DNA of 64,000 nt from an uncultured delta proteobacterium (GTDB taxonomy: Bacteria; Myxococcota_A; Polyangia; Polyangiales; Houyiibacteriaceae). The position numbers and the translations under genes are program-made. Under the pieces are notes generated by a model. That model worked only from the letters and a program-made list of their open reading frames with translations. It was not told the DNA's origin and made no database searches. Shown here one piece after another: positions 29,843 through 39,038 of this stretch (its first letter is position 1; every line of letters starts with the position of its first letter). The DNA is taken from positions 1,760,105 through 1,824,104 of the forward strand of contig CAVOVB010000001.1 in NCBI GenBank assembly GCA_963699755.1, given 5' to 3'.

Positions 29843-30502
29843 ATGCGATATCTACTTCACATTGGGCTCTTTGTATTGGCGCTCACGGCCGTAACCCAGG
29901 CCAGTGCGGACGACGACAGCGACTCCCGTCGCGGAAAGAAAGTCATCGTCACCTATGATGACGCTCCCCGCCAGGTTCGGCCCGTTCGCACGAGCTTCGA
30001 ACCGTCACGGGCTGTTTACGACCAGCGAAGGACGGTTCACCACACACCCCAGGCCACCCACTTCGCGCGTCGTGCCTACTCCGATCAGCGGGAGGACCTC
30101 GAACAGATCGTTCGGATCAGCGAACGTTGGCAGCAGGCCACCGCCCGTAGAAACGTGGACGCACAATGGAAGGTCAATCGTCGGCTCGACGCCTGGCTCG
30201 AGGGCGAGATTCGCGAATCCGTTCGCGATCCCGGTAACCAACGCTACTCGCAACGGGTTCGTCTGCTCCGTAACGAGCTTCTATCGCTCGAACGAAGCCG
30301 TTATCGCGGGCGTGGCCACTACGAGCGCGGTTCCCACGGTCGCGGTCACGGCGGTCGTGGTCACGGCGGTCGTGGTCACGGCGGCTATTTCGTGAAGAAG
30401 GCGAGCATTCTGAACGAGCTGGTGCAGTTGTCCGAGCGACAGGTGCAACGGGCTGAAGCAAACCTTCGCTACCCCCAGCGGCTTTCGTTCGCCCGTCGCT
30501 GA
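29843..30502 (+). CDS. secreted hypothetical protein with His/Gly/Arg tandem repeat
   Basis: The internal ATG at 29843 gives the signal peptide MRYLLHIGLFVLALTAVTQASA. Arg-rich helical body; GRGHG GRGHG GRGHG is encoded by a 15-bp tandem repeat near 30338-30385. Confidence 0.5.
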   Translation: MRYLLHIGLFVLALTAVTQASADDDSDSRRGKKVIVTYDDAPRQVRPVRTSFEPSRAVYDQRRTVHHTPQATHFARRAYSDQREDLEQIVRISERWQQATARRNVDAQWKVNRRLDAWLEGEIRESVRDPGNQRYSQRVRLLRNELLSLERSRYRGRGHYERGSHGRGHGGRGHGGRGHGGYFVKKASILNELVQLSERQVQRAEANLRYPQRLSFARR

Positions 30503-30561
30503 GCAACCGAACCCATGAACTCGCAAGCGCCTCGGCAGTTGCCGGGGCGCTTCCTTTTTAA

Positions 30562-30891
30562 CTATCCGCCAAATGCGGCCCGTTCCTCTTCGAGCGCCCG
30601 TTCGATGTTTCCACAGACGATTTCGCAGAGCTTGAACACCGCCGGATCCGAAACCGAGTAGTAGGCCGAGTTCCCCCGCTTCTCGCGCTTGACCAAGCGG
30701 TGCGCGAGCAGGGTGCTCAGGTGTTTGGAGACATTGGGCTGGGTGCTGCCCGTCGCCTCCACCAGGGCGGTCACCGTGCGCGGCCCGTTCGCCAGCTCGT
30801 TCAGGATCTGCAGCCGAAGCGGGACCCCGAGGATGCGGAACCGGGTCGCGACCGAGTCCAGGTTCTGGATGTTTAGAGCGGTCTTAGGCAT
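30562..30891 (-). CDS. ArsR/SmtB-family transcriptional regulator
   Basis: 109 aa with LRLQILNELANGPRTVTALVEATGSTQPNVSKHLSTLLAHRLVKREKRG, a typical ArsR winged HTH. Confidence 0.85.
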   Translation of the reverse strand: MPKTALNIQNLDSVATRFRILGVPLRLQILNELANGPRTVTALVEATGSTQPNVSKHLSTLLAHRLVKREKRGNSAYYSVSDPAVFKLCEIVCGNIERALEEERAAFGG

Positions 30892-30936
30892 CGCCTACCT
30901 TCTATAGCTCCATTTCTAGGAAAAATCACTGCTTGA

Positions 30937-30960
30937 CTATATGCTTATGTGGTCATATAG
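30937..30960. promoter_or_regulatory. candidate operator: CTATATG-N10-CATATAG inverted repeat
   Basis: Perfect 7-bp arms in the 106-bp divergent region between the ArsR gene and the RND gene. Confidence 0.35.
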
Positions 30961-30997
30961 GTGGGGTTCGAGTTCAGTCCCAGTTCAAACGGAGCGG

Positions 30998-33622
30998 ATG
31001 TCCATGAAGCGAAAGATTCTCGATTTCCCAATTCAGCACGCGCGCCTGGTCTTCGTTGGCCTGGCCGTGCTGACCATCGGCCTCGGTGCCGCCATTCCCT
31101 CGATCCAGGTCGATACCGATCCGGAGAACATGCTCTCGGAGGACGATCCGGCCCGCGTCTTTCACAACGAGACCAAAGAGGAGTTCGACCTTCACGACCT
31201 AATCGTCGTGGGCGTCGTGAACGAGTCCGAGCCCGAGGGGGTCTTCAACCCCGAATCGCTCGGCCGCATTCACGAGCTCAACGAGCGATTGAAGTCGATC
31301 GACGGTGTCATCGCACGTGACGTTCTTGGACCCTCGACGATGGACAACATCGAGCAAGCAGGGCCCGGAACCATTCGCTTCGAATGGTTGATGGAGCAAG
31401 CCCCCAAGACACCCGAGGAGGCGCTCGCGATCAAGGAGGCCGCCCTTCGGCTGCCCATGCTTCGCGGCACCGTGGTCTCCGAAGATGGCGACAGCGTCGC
31501 GCTCTACGTTCCGATCGAGAGCAAGGATCAAAGCCACCGGATCTCCGAAGAGATCGAAGCGATCATCGCCGGCTTTGGCGACAACACCGACGAGTTCTAC
31601 ATCACCGGCCTTCCGGTCGCCGAGGACACCTTCGGCGTCGAGATGTTCAAGCAGATGGCTGTTTCCGCGCCGCTTGCCGCTCTGGTGATCCTTTTGTTGA
31701 TGTGGTGGTTCTTCCGTTCGTTCGCCTTGGTCTTGTCGCCGATGATCGTCGCCATCACCACGGTGACCATCACGATGGGCGCGCTCATCGCGAGCGGGTT
31801 CACCGTGCACATCATGAGCTCGATGATCCCGATCTTCCTGATGCCCATCGCGGTCGTCGATTCGGTTCACCTGCTTTCGGAGTTTGTCGATATCTACCCG
31901 AAGACCGGCGATCGAAAGGTCGCGATCAAAGAGGTCGTCGGGCACCTGTTCGCGCCGATGCTCTACACGTCGCTGACATCGGCCGCCGGTTTCCTCTCCC
32001 TCACGCTGACGCCGATTCCGCCCGTTCGTGTTTTTGGCGTATTCGTTGCGATGGGCATCGGGATTGCATTCGTCTTGACGATTCTCTTCGTACCCGCCTA
32101 CATCGCTGCGCTGCCCGAGAAGCGCTTGGCGGCACTGCTCTCGGCCAAGCGTAATGCCAGCGAGGGCGGGTTGCTGGGTCGCGTCGTCGAAGCTCTGGGC
32201 GCAAAAAGCCTTCGCTTCGCCAAGCCGATTCTCATCGTGACGGTCGCGGCGATCGCGATCAGCGGCTACGGCATTTCGCAGATCAACATCAATGACAACC
32301 CAGTTCGTTGGTTCAAGCCTTCCCACAAGATCCGGGTGGCCGACAGGGTGCTCAACCAAGAGCTTGCCGGAACGTACACCGCCTTCCTCATCATGAAGCA
32401 GGATACGGATGCGAAGGCCGAGATCGTCGCGGCCGGTGACAAGGCCCTCGAAGGCGCCAGCGACGCCGTGCGCACGCGCTGGGACGTCGTCAAATCAGAC
32501 GCGGAAACCGCGGGTAAGGAAGAGACGACGAATGTCTCCGACGCCTTAATCGAAGCGACCTCCGATCTGGTGTTCGACACGAGCGGCGAAGAGTCGGAGC
32601 AGTGGCAGGCGGTGCAAACGGCGCTTGAAGAGGCACAGACGGCCAGCAAGACCTTCCAGAATCCGGAGCATCTCGCTTACATCGAGCGACTCCAAGAGGC
32701 AGCGGAGGCACTGCCTCTCGTCGGCAAGACGAGCTCGATCGCCGACGTCGTGAAGACCGTCTACCGCGAGCTGATCAGCGGAAAAGACGAAGATTTCCGT
32801 ATCCCGGGCTCGACCGAGGGCGTTGCGCAGACGCTCCTTCAGTTCCAGTCGTCACACCGACCGAACGATCTCTGGCACCTGGTGAGCCCCGACTACCGTG
32901 AAAGCGCGATCTGGGTGCAACTCAGGAGCGGTGACAACCAGGACATGATGTCGGTCAAGACCGACCTCGATGCCTTCCTTGCGGCCGACCCACCGCCTGA
33001 GGGCCTTCACGCCCAATGGGCCGGTCTCACGTTTCTCAATACGGTTTGGCAGGAGGAAATGGTCGGCGGGATGCTGGAGAGCTTGATGGGGGCGTTCGTC
33101 ATCGTCTTCTTGATGATGGTGATCCTGTTCCGGTCGCCGGTGTACGGCGCGCTGGCGATGGTCCCGCTCACGATCACCATCGTGTTTACGTACGGACTGA
33201 TCGGTCTCGTGGGCAAGGACTACGACATGCCTGTCGCTGTCTTGTCATCGTTGACGCTTGGCCTCTCGGTCGACTTCGCCATTCATTTTCTCGAGCGTGC
33301 TCGCGCCATCCAGGGGGAGACCGGTGACTGGCGCGAGACGATGTCGCGCATGTTCCAAGAGCCGGGGAGGGCGATCATGCGCAATGCAATCGTCATCGCC
33401 ATCGGCTTCCTTCCGCTGCTAGCAGCGCCGCTCGTTCCCTACAACACCGTGGGCTTCCTGATGGCCGCCATCATGGCCGTCTCGAGCGTCGTCACGGTGA
33501 TTTTACTGCCCTCGATCATGATGCAAATCCAAAACCGGCTGTCCCCGAAGAAGGAAAGGGCGGCAACGAACGGGGACGAACCATCAGCGCCTCTCGCGAC
33601 CAACAAGGAGCAAACAGCATGA
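30998..33622 (+). CDS. RND-superfamily transporter, MMPL-like
   Basis: Start at the internal Met (MSMKRKILDF...). Two six-TM bundles are separated by large soluble domains, with repeated RND-like TM blocks (GLPVAEDTF..., LSVDFAIHFLERA). Confidence 0.82.
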   Translation: MSMKRKILDFPIQHARLVFVGLAVLTIGLGAAIPSIQVDTDPENMLSEDDPARVFHNETKEEFDLHDLIVVGVVNESEPEGVFNPESLGRIHELNERLKSIDGVIARDVLGPSTMDNIEQAGPGTIRFEWLMEQAPKTPEEALAIKEAALRLPMLRGTVVSEDGDSVALYVPIESKDQSHRISEEIEAIIAGFGDNTDEFYITGLPVAEDTFGVEMFKQMAVSAPLAALVILLLMWWFFRSFALVLSPMIVAITTVTITMGALIASGFTVHIMSSMIPIFLMPIAVVDSVHLLSEFVDIYPKTGDRKVAIKEVVGHLFAPMLYTSLTSAAGFLSLTLTPIPPVRVFGVFVAMGIGIAFVLTILFVPAYIAALPEKRLAALLSAKRNASEGGLLGRVVEALGAKSLRFAKPILIVTVAAIAISGYGISQININDNPVRWFKPSHKIRVADRVLNQELAGTYTAFLIMKQDTDAKAEIVAAGDKALEGASDAVRTRWDVVKSDAETAGKEETTNVSDALIEATSDLVFDTSGEESEQWQAVQTALEEAQTASKTFQNPEHLAYIERLQEAAEALPLVGKTSSIADVVKTVYRELISGKDEDFRIPGSTEGVAQTLLQFQSSHRPNDLWHLVSPDYRESAIWVQLRSGDNQDMMSVKTDLDAFLAADPPPEGLHAQWAGLTFLNTVWQEEMVGGMLESLMGAFVIVFLMMVILFRSPVYGALAMVPLTITIVFTYGLIGLVGKDYDMPVAVLSSLTLGLSVDFAIHFLERARAIQGETGDWRETMSRMFQEPGRAIMRNAIVIAIGFLPLLAAPLVPYNTVGFLMAAIMAVSSVVTVILLPSIMMQIQNRLSPKKERAATNGDEPSAPLATNKEQTA

Positions 33623-34428
33623 AGACCCTCACCAAGACCTGGCTAGCGGCCATTGCCGCAGCGATTCTTCTCTCGACCCCGGCGATATCTGCCGAGGCGG
33701 GAGACCTGAAGGACGCGAGCCAAATCGTAAATCGCACCAACAACGCTCAGTATTACGCGGCGAACGATGGGCGAGCGCTGGTTCGCATGAAGATCGTCGA
33801 CAGCAAAGGGCGCTCCCAGCGAAGGCAGTTTGCGGTCCTTCGGCGTGACCTGAAGGACGGCGGCGACCAGAACTACCTCGTCGTCTTCGACCAGCCGGCT
33901 GATGTTCGAAACACGGCGTTCTTGGTGAAGAAGCACGCGAACAAAGACGACGATCGTTGGCTTTATCTCCCGGGTCTCGATCTCGTCAAACGAATCGCCG
34001 CGAGTGATGAGCGCACGAGCTTCGTTGGCACGCACTTCTTCTACGAAGACATCTCCGGGCGGCATCCGGACGAAGACAAGCACGAGCTTCTCGAAACGAC
34101 GGACACCGAGTACGTGGTGAAGAGCACGCCCAAGAGCAGCAAGGGTGTGGAGTTCGCGCACTACACGCTGCGCATCAACAAGAAGACGTTCCTGCCCAGT
34201 ACGATCGAGTACGTAAATGCGCAGGGCAAAATCTACCGGCGCATCGAAACCGCCAAGGTGGACACCGTACAAGGGAAGCCGACCATTACGCGCCTCAAGG
34301 TCAGTGACCTGGAGTCGGGTGGATATACGCTGAGCGACGTCAGCAATGTGAGTTACGACCTGGGGATCCCCGACGACATCTTCGTCGAGGGTTCTCTACG
34401 CAACCCGCCCGTGAAGTGGCTTCGCTGA
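33619..34428 (+). CDS. LolA-like outer-membrane lipoprotein-sorting family protein
   Basis: 269 aa. Signal peptide; ...RWLYLPGLDLVKRIAASDERTSFVGTHFFYEDI is typical of the LolA-like family found with RND/MMPL genes. ATGA overlap with the RND stop. Confidence 0.7.
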   Translation: MKTLTKTWLAAIAAAILLSTPAISAEAGDLKDASQIVNRTNNAQYYAANDGRALVRMKIVDSKGRSQRRQFAVLRRDLKDGGDQNYLVVFDQPADVRNTAFLVKKHANKDDDRWLYLPGLDLVKRIAASDERTSFVGTHFFYEDISGRHPDEDKHELLETTDTEYVVKSTPKSSKGVEFAHYTLRINKKTFLPSTIEYVNAQGKIYRRIETAKVDTVQGKPTITRLKVSDLESGGYTLSDVSNVSYDLGIPDDIFVEGSLRNPPVKWLR

Positions 34429-34463
34429 GCCCAGCTCGACGACGGGCATGAGGGAGTAGCGAC

Positions 34464-35984
34464 ATGGAACCGACGATTTGTCGAACGAAGCGGTGCCGCG
34501 CTGGCGTCCCATCGCTGAGGTGCTTGGCGGTTGCCTCGTTTGTGTTCGCAGCTCTCGCGTTGGCCTCCGTGGCGTTCGCCCAAGCCGAGGAGACCCTCGA
34601 AGCGGAGGCCGAAGGACCGTTCGATGCAGCGGCAAGCGCAGAGAGTCCCGAAGAGCTGGCTGGCGACGTCGAATCCAACGAAGAGGCCGGCGACGACGAG
34701 GATTGGGGTGAGTTCGACGACTGGGACGAGGAGAATGGCGGCGATTCCGGCGGCAAATCCGGTGGCAAAGCTTGGGACTTTCAGATCGGCGGCTTCGTCG
34801 AAGGTCTCATCGCACCGCGCGTGGTCCGAAGCAGCGCCAGCGCCAATGAGCTGGTCGCGAACGAGGCGCGCTTTCGGCTGAACCTCGACGCCACCCACGA
34901 AATCGTTAGCGCGCGATTTCGGGGTGACGTCTTCGCGGATGCCGTCGACCGCCGGATTTGGTTCGACATTCGAGACGCGTCGATCTTCGTCCGTGGCGGA
35001 AGTTGGTTCAGCATGCGGTTTGGCCGACAGGTGCTCACCTGGGGAACGGGCGACTTCCTTTTCTTGAATGACCTCTTTCCGAAGGACTTCAACTCCTTCT
35101 TCATCGGTCGCGCAGACGAATACCTCAAGGCGCCGTCCAACTCGGTGCAGACGACGTTCATGATGAACAAAGTCGGATTGGACTTGATCTGGACCCCGAT
35201 TTTCGAGCCGGATCGCTTCATCAACGGGCAGCGTCTGTCGTTCTTCAATCCGCTGGTCGGAGAGATCATCGGCGATCGATCTCTGCTCACACCGATCGAT
35301 CCGGTGTACCCGGAGCAGCGACTGCGAAACGGAACGGTGCACGGCCGTCTTTACGGCACGGCAGGCGCGGTCGAGCTCGCTGCCTATGGCTATGTCGGCT
35401 ATTGGATGCAGCCGAATGCCCTTGCGCTGACCGACCCGGTGGACCCGAACACCATCGTGGGGGTGACCTACGCGCGTCTGGCGGTTTACGGCGCGAGCCT
35501 ACGCACGCCCCTGTTTGGCGGTCTCTTCAACGTCGAGGGCGCATTCTACGACTCGTACAAGGACCGGGCGGGGACGACTCCTTCGACCCCGAATTCGCAG
35601 TTCCGAGGACTGGTGGGCTATGAGCGCGAGCTCTTCCCCAAGTTCCAAATGGGCTTGCAGTACTATCTCGAGTACACGCTCAAGTACGACGAGCTGATCG
35701 CGCGCTCGTTCTGGGCTCAATACGAGCAGCACGAATTCCGGCATCTGATCACGCTGCGGCTGAACCAGCTCCTGGTCATGGACAAGCTCGAGCTCTCGCT
35801 CTTCGTGTTCTTCTCGCCGGACGAGCTCGACACCTACATTCGGCCGCGCATCGCCTACAAAATCGTCGAGCCCCTGGCGATGGTCGTTGGCGCGAACCTC
35901 ATGTTCGGACGCGACGACTACACCTTCTTTGGCCAGCTTCAAGAGAACACGAACGTGTACGCGAGGCTTCGTTACTCGTTCTGA
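34464..35984 (+). CDS. putative outer-membrane beta-barrel protein (DUF1302-like context)
   Basis: 506 aa. Signal peptide, acidic low-complexity N-region, alternating beta-strand-like pattern and a C-terminal ...YARLRYSF aromatic terminus. Confidence 0.55.
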   Translation: MEPTICRTKRCRAGVPSLRCLAVASFVFAALALASVAFAQAEETLEAEAEGPFDAAASAESPEELAGDVESNEEAGDDEDWGEFDDWDEENGGDSGGKSGGKAWDFQIGGFVEGLIAPRVVRSSASANELVANEARFRLNLDATHEIVSARFRGDVFADAVDRRIWFDIRDASIFVRGGSWFSMRFGRQVLTWGTGDFLFLNDLFPKDFNSFFIGRADEYLKAPSNSVQTTFMMNKVGLDLIWTPIFEPDRFINGQRLSFFNPLVGEIIGDRSLLTPIDPVYPEQRLRNGTVHGRLYGTAGAVELAAYGYVGYWMQPNALALTDPVDPNTIVGVTYARLAVYGASLRTPLFGGLFNVEGAFYDSYKDRAGTTPSTPNSQFRGLVGYERELFPKFQMGLQYYLEYTLKYDELIARSFWAQYEQHEFRHLITLRLNQLLVMDKLELSLFVFFSPDELDTYIRPRIAYKIVEPLAMVVGANLMFGRDDYTFFGQLQENTNVYARLRYSF

Positions 35985-36010
35985 GATTTCAAAACGAAAG
36001 GAACACCGTC

Positions 36011-36211
36011 ATGAACATCGACAAATTGGTTTTTCGAGTTGCAGGGATCATGGTCATAGCCGGCGTGATTCTCGCCTACAGTCACCACATCGCCTGGCTC
36101 ATTCTGCCGGCATTCGTCGGCCTGAACATGTTTCAGGCCTCGTTTACCGGCTTCTGCCCGATGGCGACGATTGCCAAGCGTTTCGGGATGAACGAAGGCA
36201 AAGCGTTCTAA
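36011..36211 (+). CDS. DUF2892 (YgaP-like) small membrane protein
   Basis: 66 aa with two TM helices and FVGLNMFQASFTGFCPMATI, the hallmark of DUF2892. Confidence 0.7.
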   Translation: MNIDKLVFRVAGIMVIAGVILAYSHHIAWLILPAFVGLNMFQASFTGFCPMATIAKRFGMNEGKAF

Positions 36212-36232
36212 CCTGACGACGTCGCGCGATCG

Positions 36233-38155
36233 CTAGTGTCGGCCGTCCGCGTGACAGCTGAGGCAGAAATTCGCGGGCGCGGCGCCCGCCGGATAGTTGT
36301 TCACCTCACGGTGCTTCGCGTCCATCCGGGAACGCGTGTGCTCGCCGTCGTGGCAGCCGACACAGTCGGCGTTCTCACCGCCCACCGGCGAGCCGAGCGC
36401 CGCGTTGTGGCAAGATGCGCAGTCGTTTCGGTATCTCGAGTGCGCTCCTGATTGGATCCGGAAAGCGTTCTCGGGGTGGGTCCCACCGGAGGCGGGAGTC
36501 CAGGCCGCCGTCGTGTGGCAACTCAGGCAGTCGCCGGTGGCGGGGTGCGTTGGCGTCGCGGGGCGCTGCGATTCGTGACAGTCATAGCAGCGCGTTGGCT
36601 CCGGAACATGTGCGAACGTTGCCGGAGTCCAGGTCGGATACGAGTGATGACAGCTGGCACACTCGGGGTCGTACGTTTGCGCATGAAATGGGGTGTTCGA
36701 CCTGGGCTCGTTTGCGTGACAGCCAATGCAAGCGGCCGGAAGCGGCGTGTGCGGCGCGACTGGATCGGCGAGTGCCCAGTCGTTCACGACGTGACAGCCG
36801 GCACAGTCCCCAAGCCCCGCGGCCGATTGATGCGTTGGCGTCGCGGGTCTCAGATCACTGTGGCACGCGTTGCAGGCGTTCGGGATCGGCGCGTGCAAGA
36901 AATCAGCCGGCGTCCAACCCGGGTATTGATGGTGACAGCGGGCGCACTCGGGCTGGGCGATCTGGGTGTGGAAGATCGTAGTCTGTCGCGGCTCGTTTTG
37001 GTGACAGGACACGCAAGACGCCGGAAGCGGCGTGTGGAGCGCGACCGGGTCGGCTGTAGCCCAGCTGGTGTGACGATGTGGCAGGAGGCGCAATCGCCCT
37101 GGCTCGCCGCGGTTTGGTGCGTGGCCGTGTTGGGTCTCTGATCGGAGTGACAGTCTACGCAGGTGCCAGGCACTGGCGCGTGGAGGAAATCAGCCGGTGT
37201 CCAACCTGGATATTCATGATGGCAGCTGGCGCACTCGGCGTCGAAGACCTGGGCGTGGAAGATCGTCGGTTGTCGCGGCTCGCTTTGGTGACACGTCAGG
37301 CAGGATGCCGGGAGCGGTGCGTGAAGCGTGGCCGCGTCGGTGACGGCCCAGTCGTCCACGACGTGGCAGCGGGCACAGTCCGCGAGGCCCGCGGCCGATT
37401 GATGCGTTGGCGTCGCGGGTCGCAGATCGCTGTGGCATGCGTTGCAGGCGCTGGGCACTGGCGCGTGTAGAAAGTCTGCTGGTGTCCAACCCGGGTAGCT
37501 CCGGTGGCAGCTGGCGCATTCGGCCTCGAACACCTGAGTGTGGAAGATGTTCTGCGGTTGCGGGTCGTCTTGGTGACAGGTCAGGCAGGATGCCGGAAGT
37601 GGCGTGTGCAGCTCCGCCGGGTCGGTGAGGGTCCAGTCGGTGACGATATGACACGAGGCGCAGTCGCCCAGTCCTTGCGGGGATTGGTGCGTGGGCGTGT
37701 CAGGTCTTCCATCCGCGTGACAGTCTAGGCAGGTGCGCGGCACCGGCGCGTGGAGGAAGTTCGCCTGTGTCCAATCCGGATAGCTCCGGTGACAGCTGGC
37801 GCACTCGGTCTCGACAATTTGCGGCATGGAAGCTCGTCTGTGGTCGCGTCTCGTTTTCGTGACACGTCACGCACGATGCCGGAAGCGGCGTATGAATTGT
37901 GGTGGAGACCGCGGGGATCCACTCGCGTTCGGTGTGGCAATCCTGGCATGTGCTCGGGAGGGAGTCGTGCGGTGGGTTGATCGCTGCCTTGAGGTCCGCC
38001 GCGTGACACGTGACGCATTCGGCTTGACGGACCGTTCGCCGGCTCATGCTCGATGCTGCCGGCCCCACTGCATCGCCACGCCCATCGATACGGCTGGCGC
38101 TGATTGCGACGGCCGCCGCAATGTGACCAGACAGGCGACGGCAGTTAACCCTCAT
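36233..38155 (-). pseudogene. 25-haem c-type cytochrome with five tandem four-haem modules, frame-disrupted twice
   Basis: Track ORFs 37700..38155, 36850..37827 and 36233..37093 join into a single 1923-nt reading unit with 3+11+11 CxxCH motifs. Breaks lie near 37823-37825 (..TSFH / AQIVETECASCH) and near 37064-37069 (..CASCHIVT / SWATADPVALH). The first and last segments share a frame. Confidence 0.78.
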
Positions 38156-38313
38156 GGCGTATATGATAAGCCGATCAATTCACCCTGTCAGGTTAATTCA
38201 GCGGCCGCGTGAGACCGCAGCCTAGAGGCCAAAATAGCCTCAAAAACCTTTTCTTTCCAGGATGTTAGTAGCCTTGCCAAACCGGGGGACCCGCTACCGG
38301 GGTCCGATCTAGG

Positions 38314-39038
38314 ATGCTACCTTTCGAGGAATCCATGATCCTTCCCGGCCGAGCGGCAATACGAGCTCTGATCTTCGGAGCGTCGGGCGCGGTGCTGCTC
38401 AGCGGAGCGTGCACCGGCGGGACGCAGGACCACGATCGTCTGCAGGTTCGAGGCGCCGATTGCATCGTCTGTCATTCCGACGATGTTCAGCATGCGCTTG
38501 AACCCACCTCATGAAGGGCTTCCCGGACACCTGCGGAACCTGCCACGGTCAAGAAGCCTGGTCGCCTGCCGCGTTCACGCACACCTGGCCGCTCGTCGGC
38601 GCGCACGAGATGCTCGCCTGCAGCGCATGCCACGTCGGGGATCCACCGGTCTACCAAGGCACGCCCACACTCTGCGTCGGCTGCCATCAGGACGATTACG
38701 ACAACAGCCCCTTCCCAGGTCACGCCGACTTCCCAACGACCTGCGAGAACTGCCACACGACGACCGCCTGGACGCCCGCGGTTGGGGGTACACACCCCGA
38801 GAACGCGTTCCCGATTCAAAATGGCGCACACTCTCCCTATCGCGACGATTGCGTGTCCTGCCACAACCCGGATCTTGGCTCACCCGTGAATGGAGAAAAC
38901 GCGGACTGCGTCGGCTGTCACGACGGCGAGCACACGCGAGCCTCGATGGATCCCAAGCATCGCGAAGAGCCCGATTATCCACAGGGTGCGGCGCCGCCCA
39001 ACTTCTGCTTGGATTGTCACGCGGACGGTCGCAACTAG
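38314..39038 (+). pseudogene. octahaem c-type cytochrome lipoprotein, frame-disrupted twice
   Basis: Signal peptide plus lipobox (AVLLSGAC) and CIVCH in ORF 38314..38514. LNPPHEGLP appears in the frame of ORF 38483. DTCGTCH... and six more CxxCH are in ORF 38511..39038. Breaks lie near 38496-38500 and at the CCC run near 38522-38525. The junction sequence parallels AINPPHDSLPSTCQDCH in the divergent 25-haem gene. Confidence 0.72.

Noticed and set aside
36233-38155. Regular ~285-bp DNA repeats, considered as a possible CRISPR or other non-coding array
   Set aside because: The repeats are in-frame protein modules (four CxxCH each) with no unique spacers, and the unit length is far from CRISPR dimensions. 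No cas genes are present in the window.
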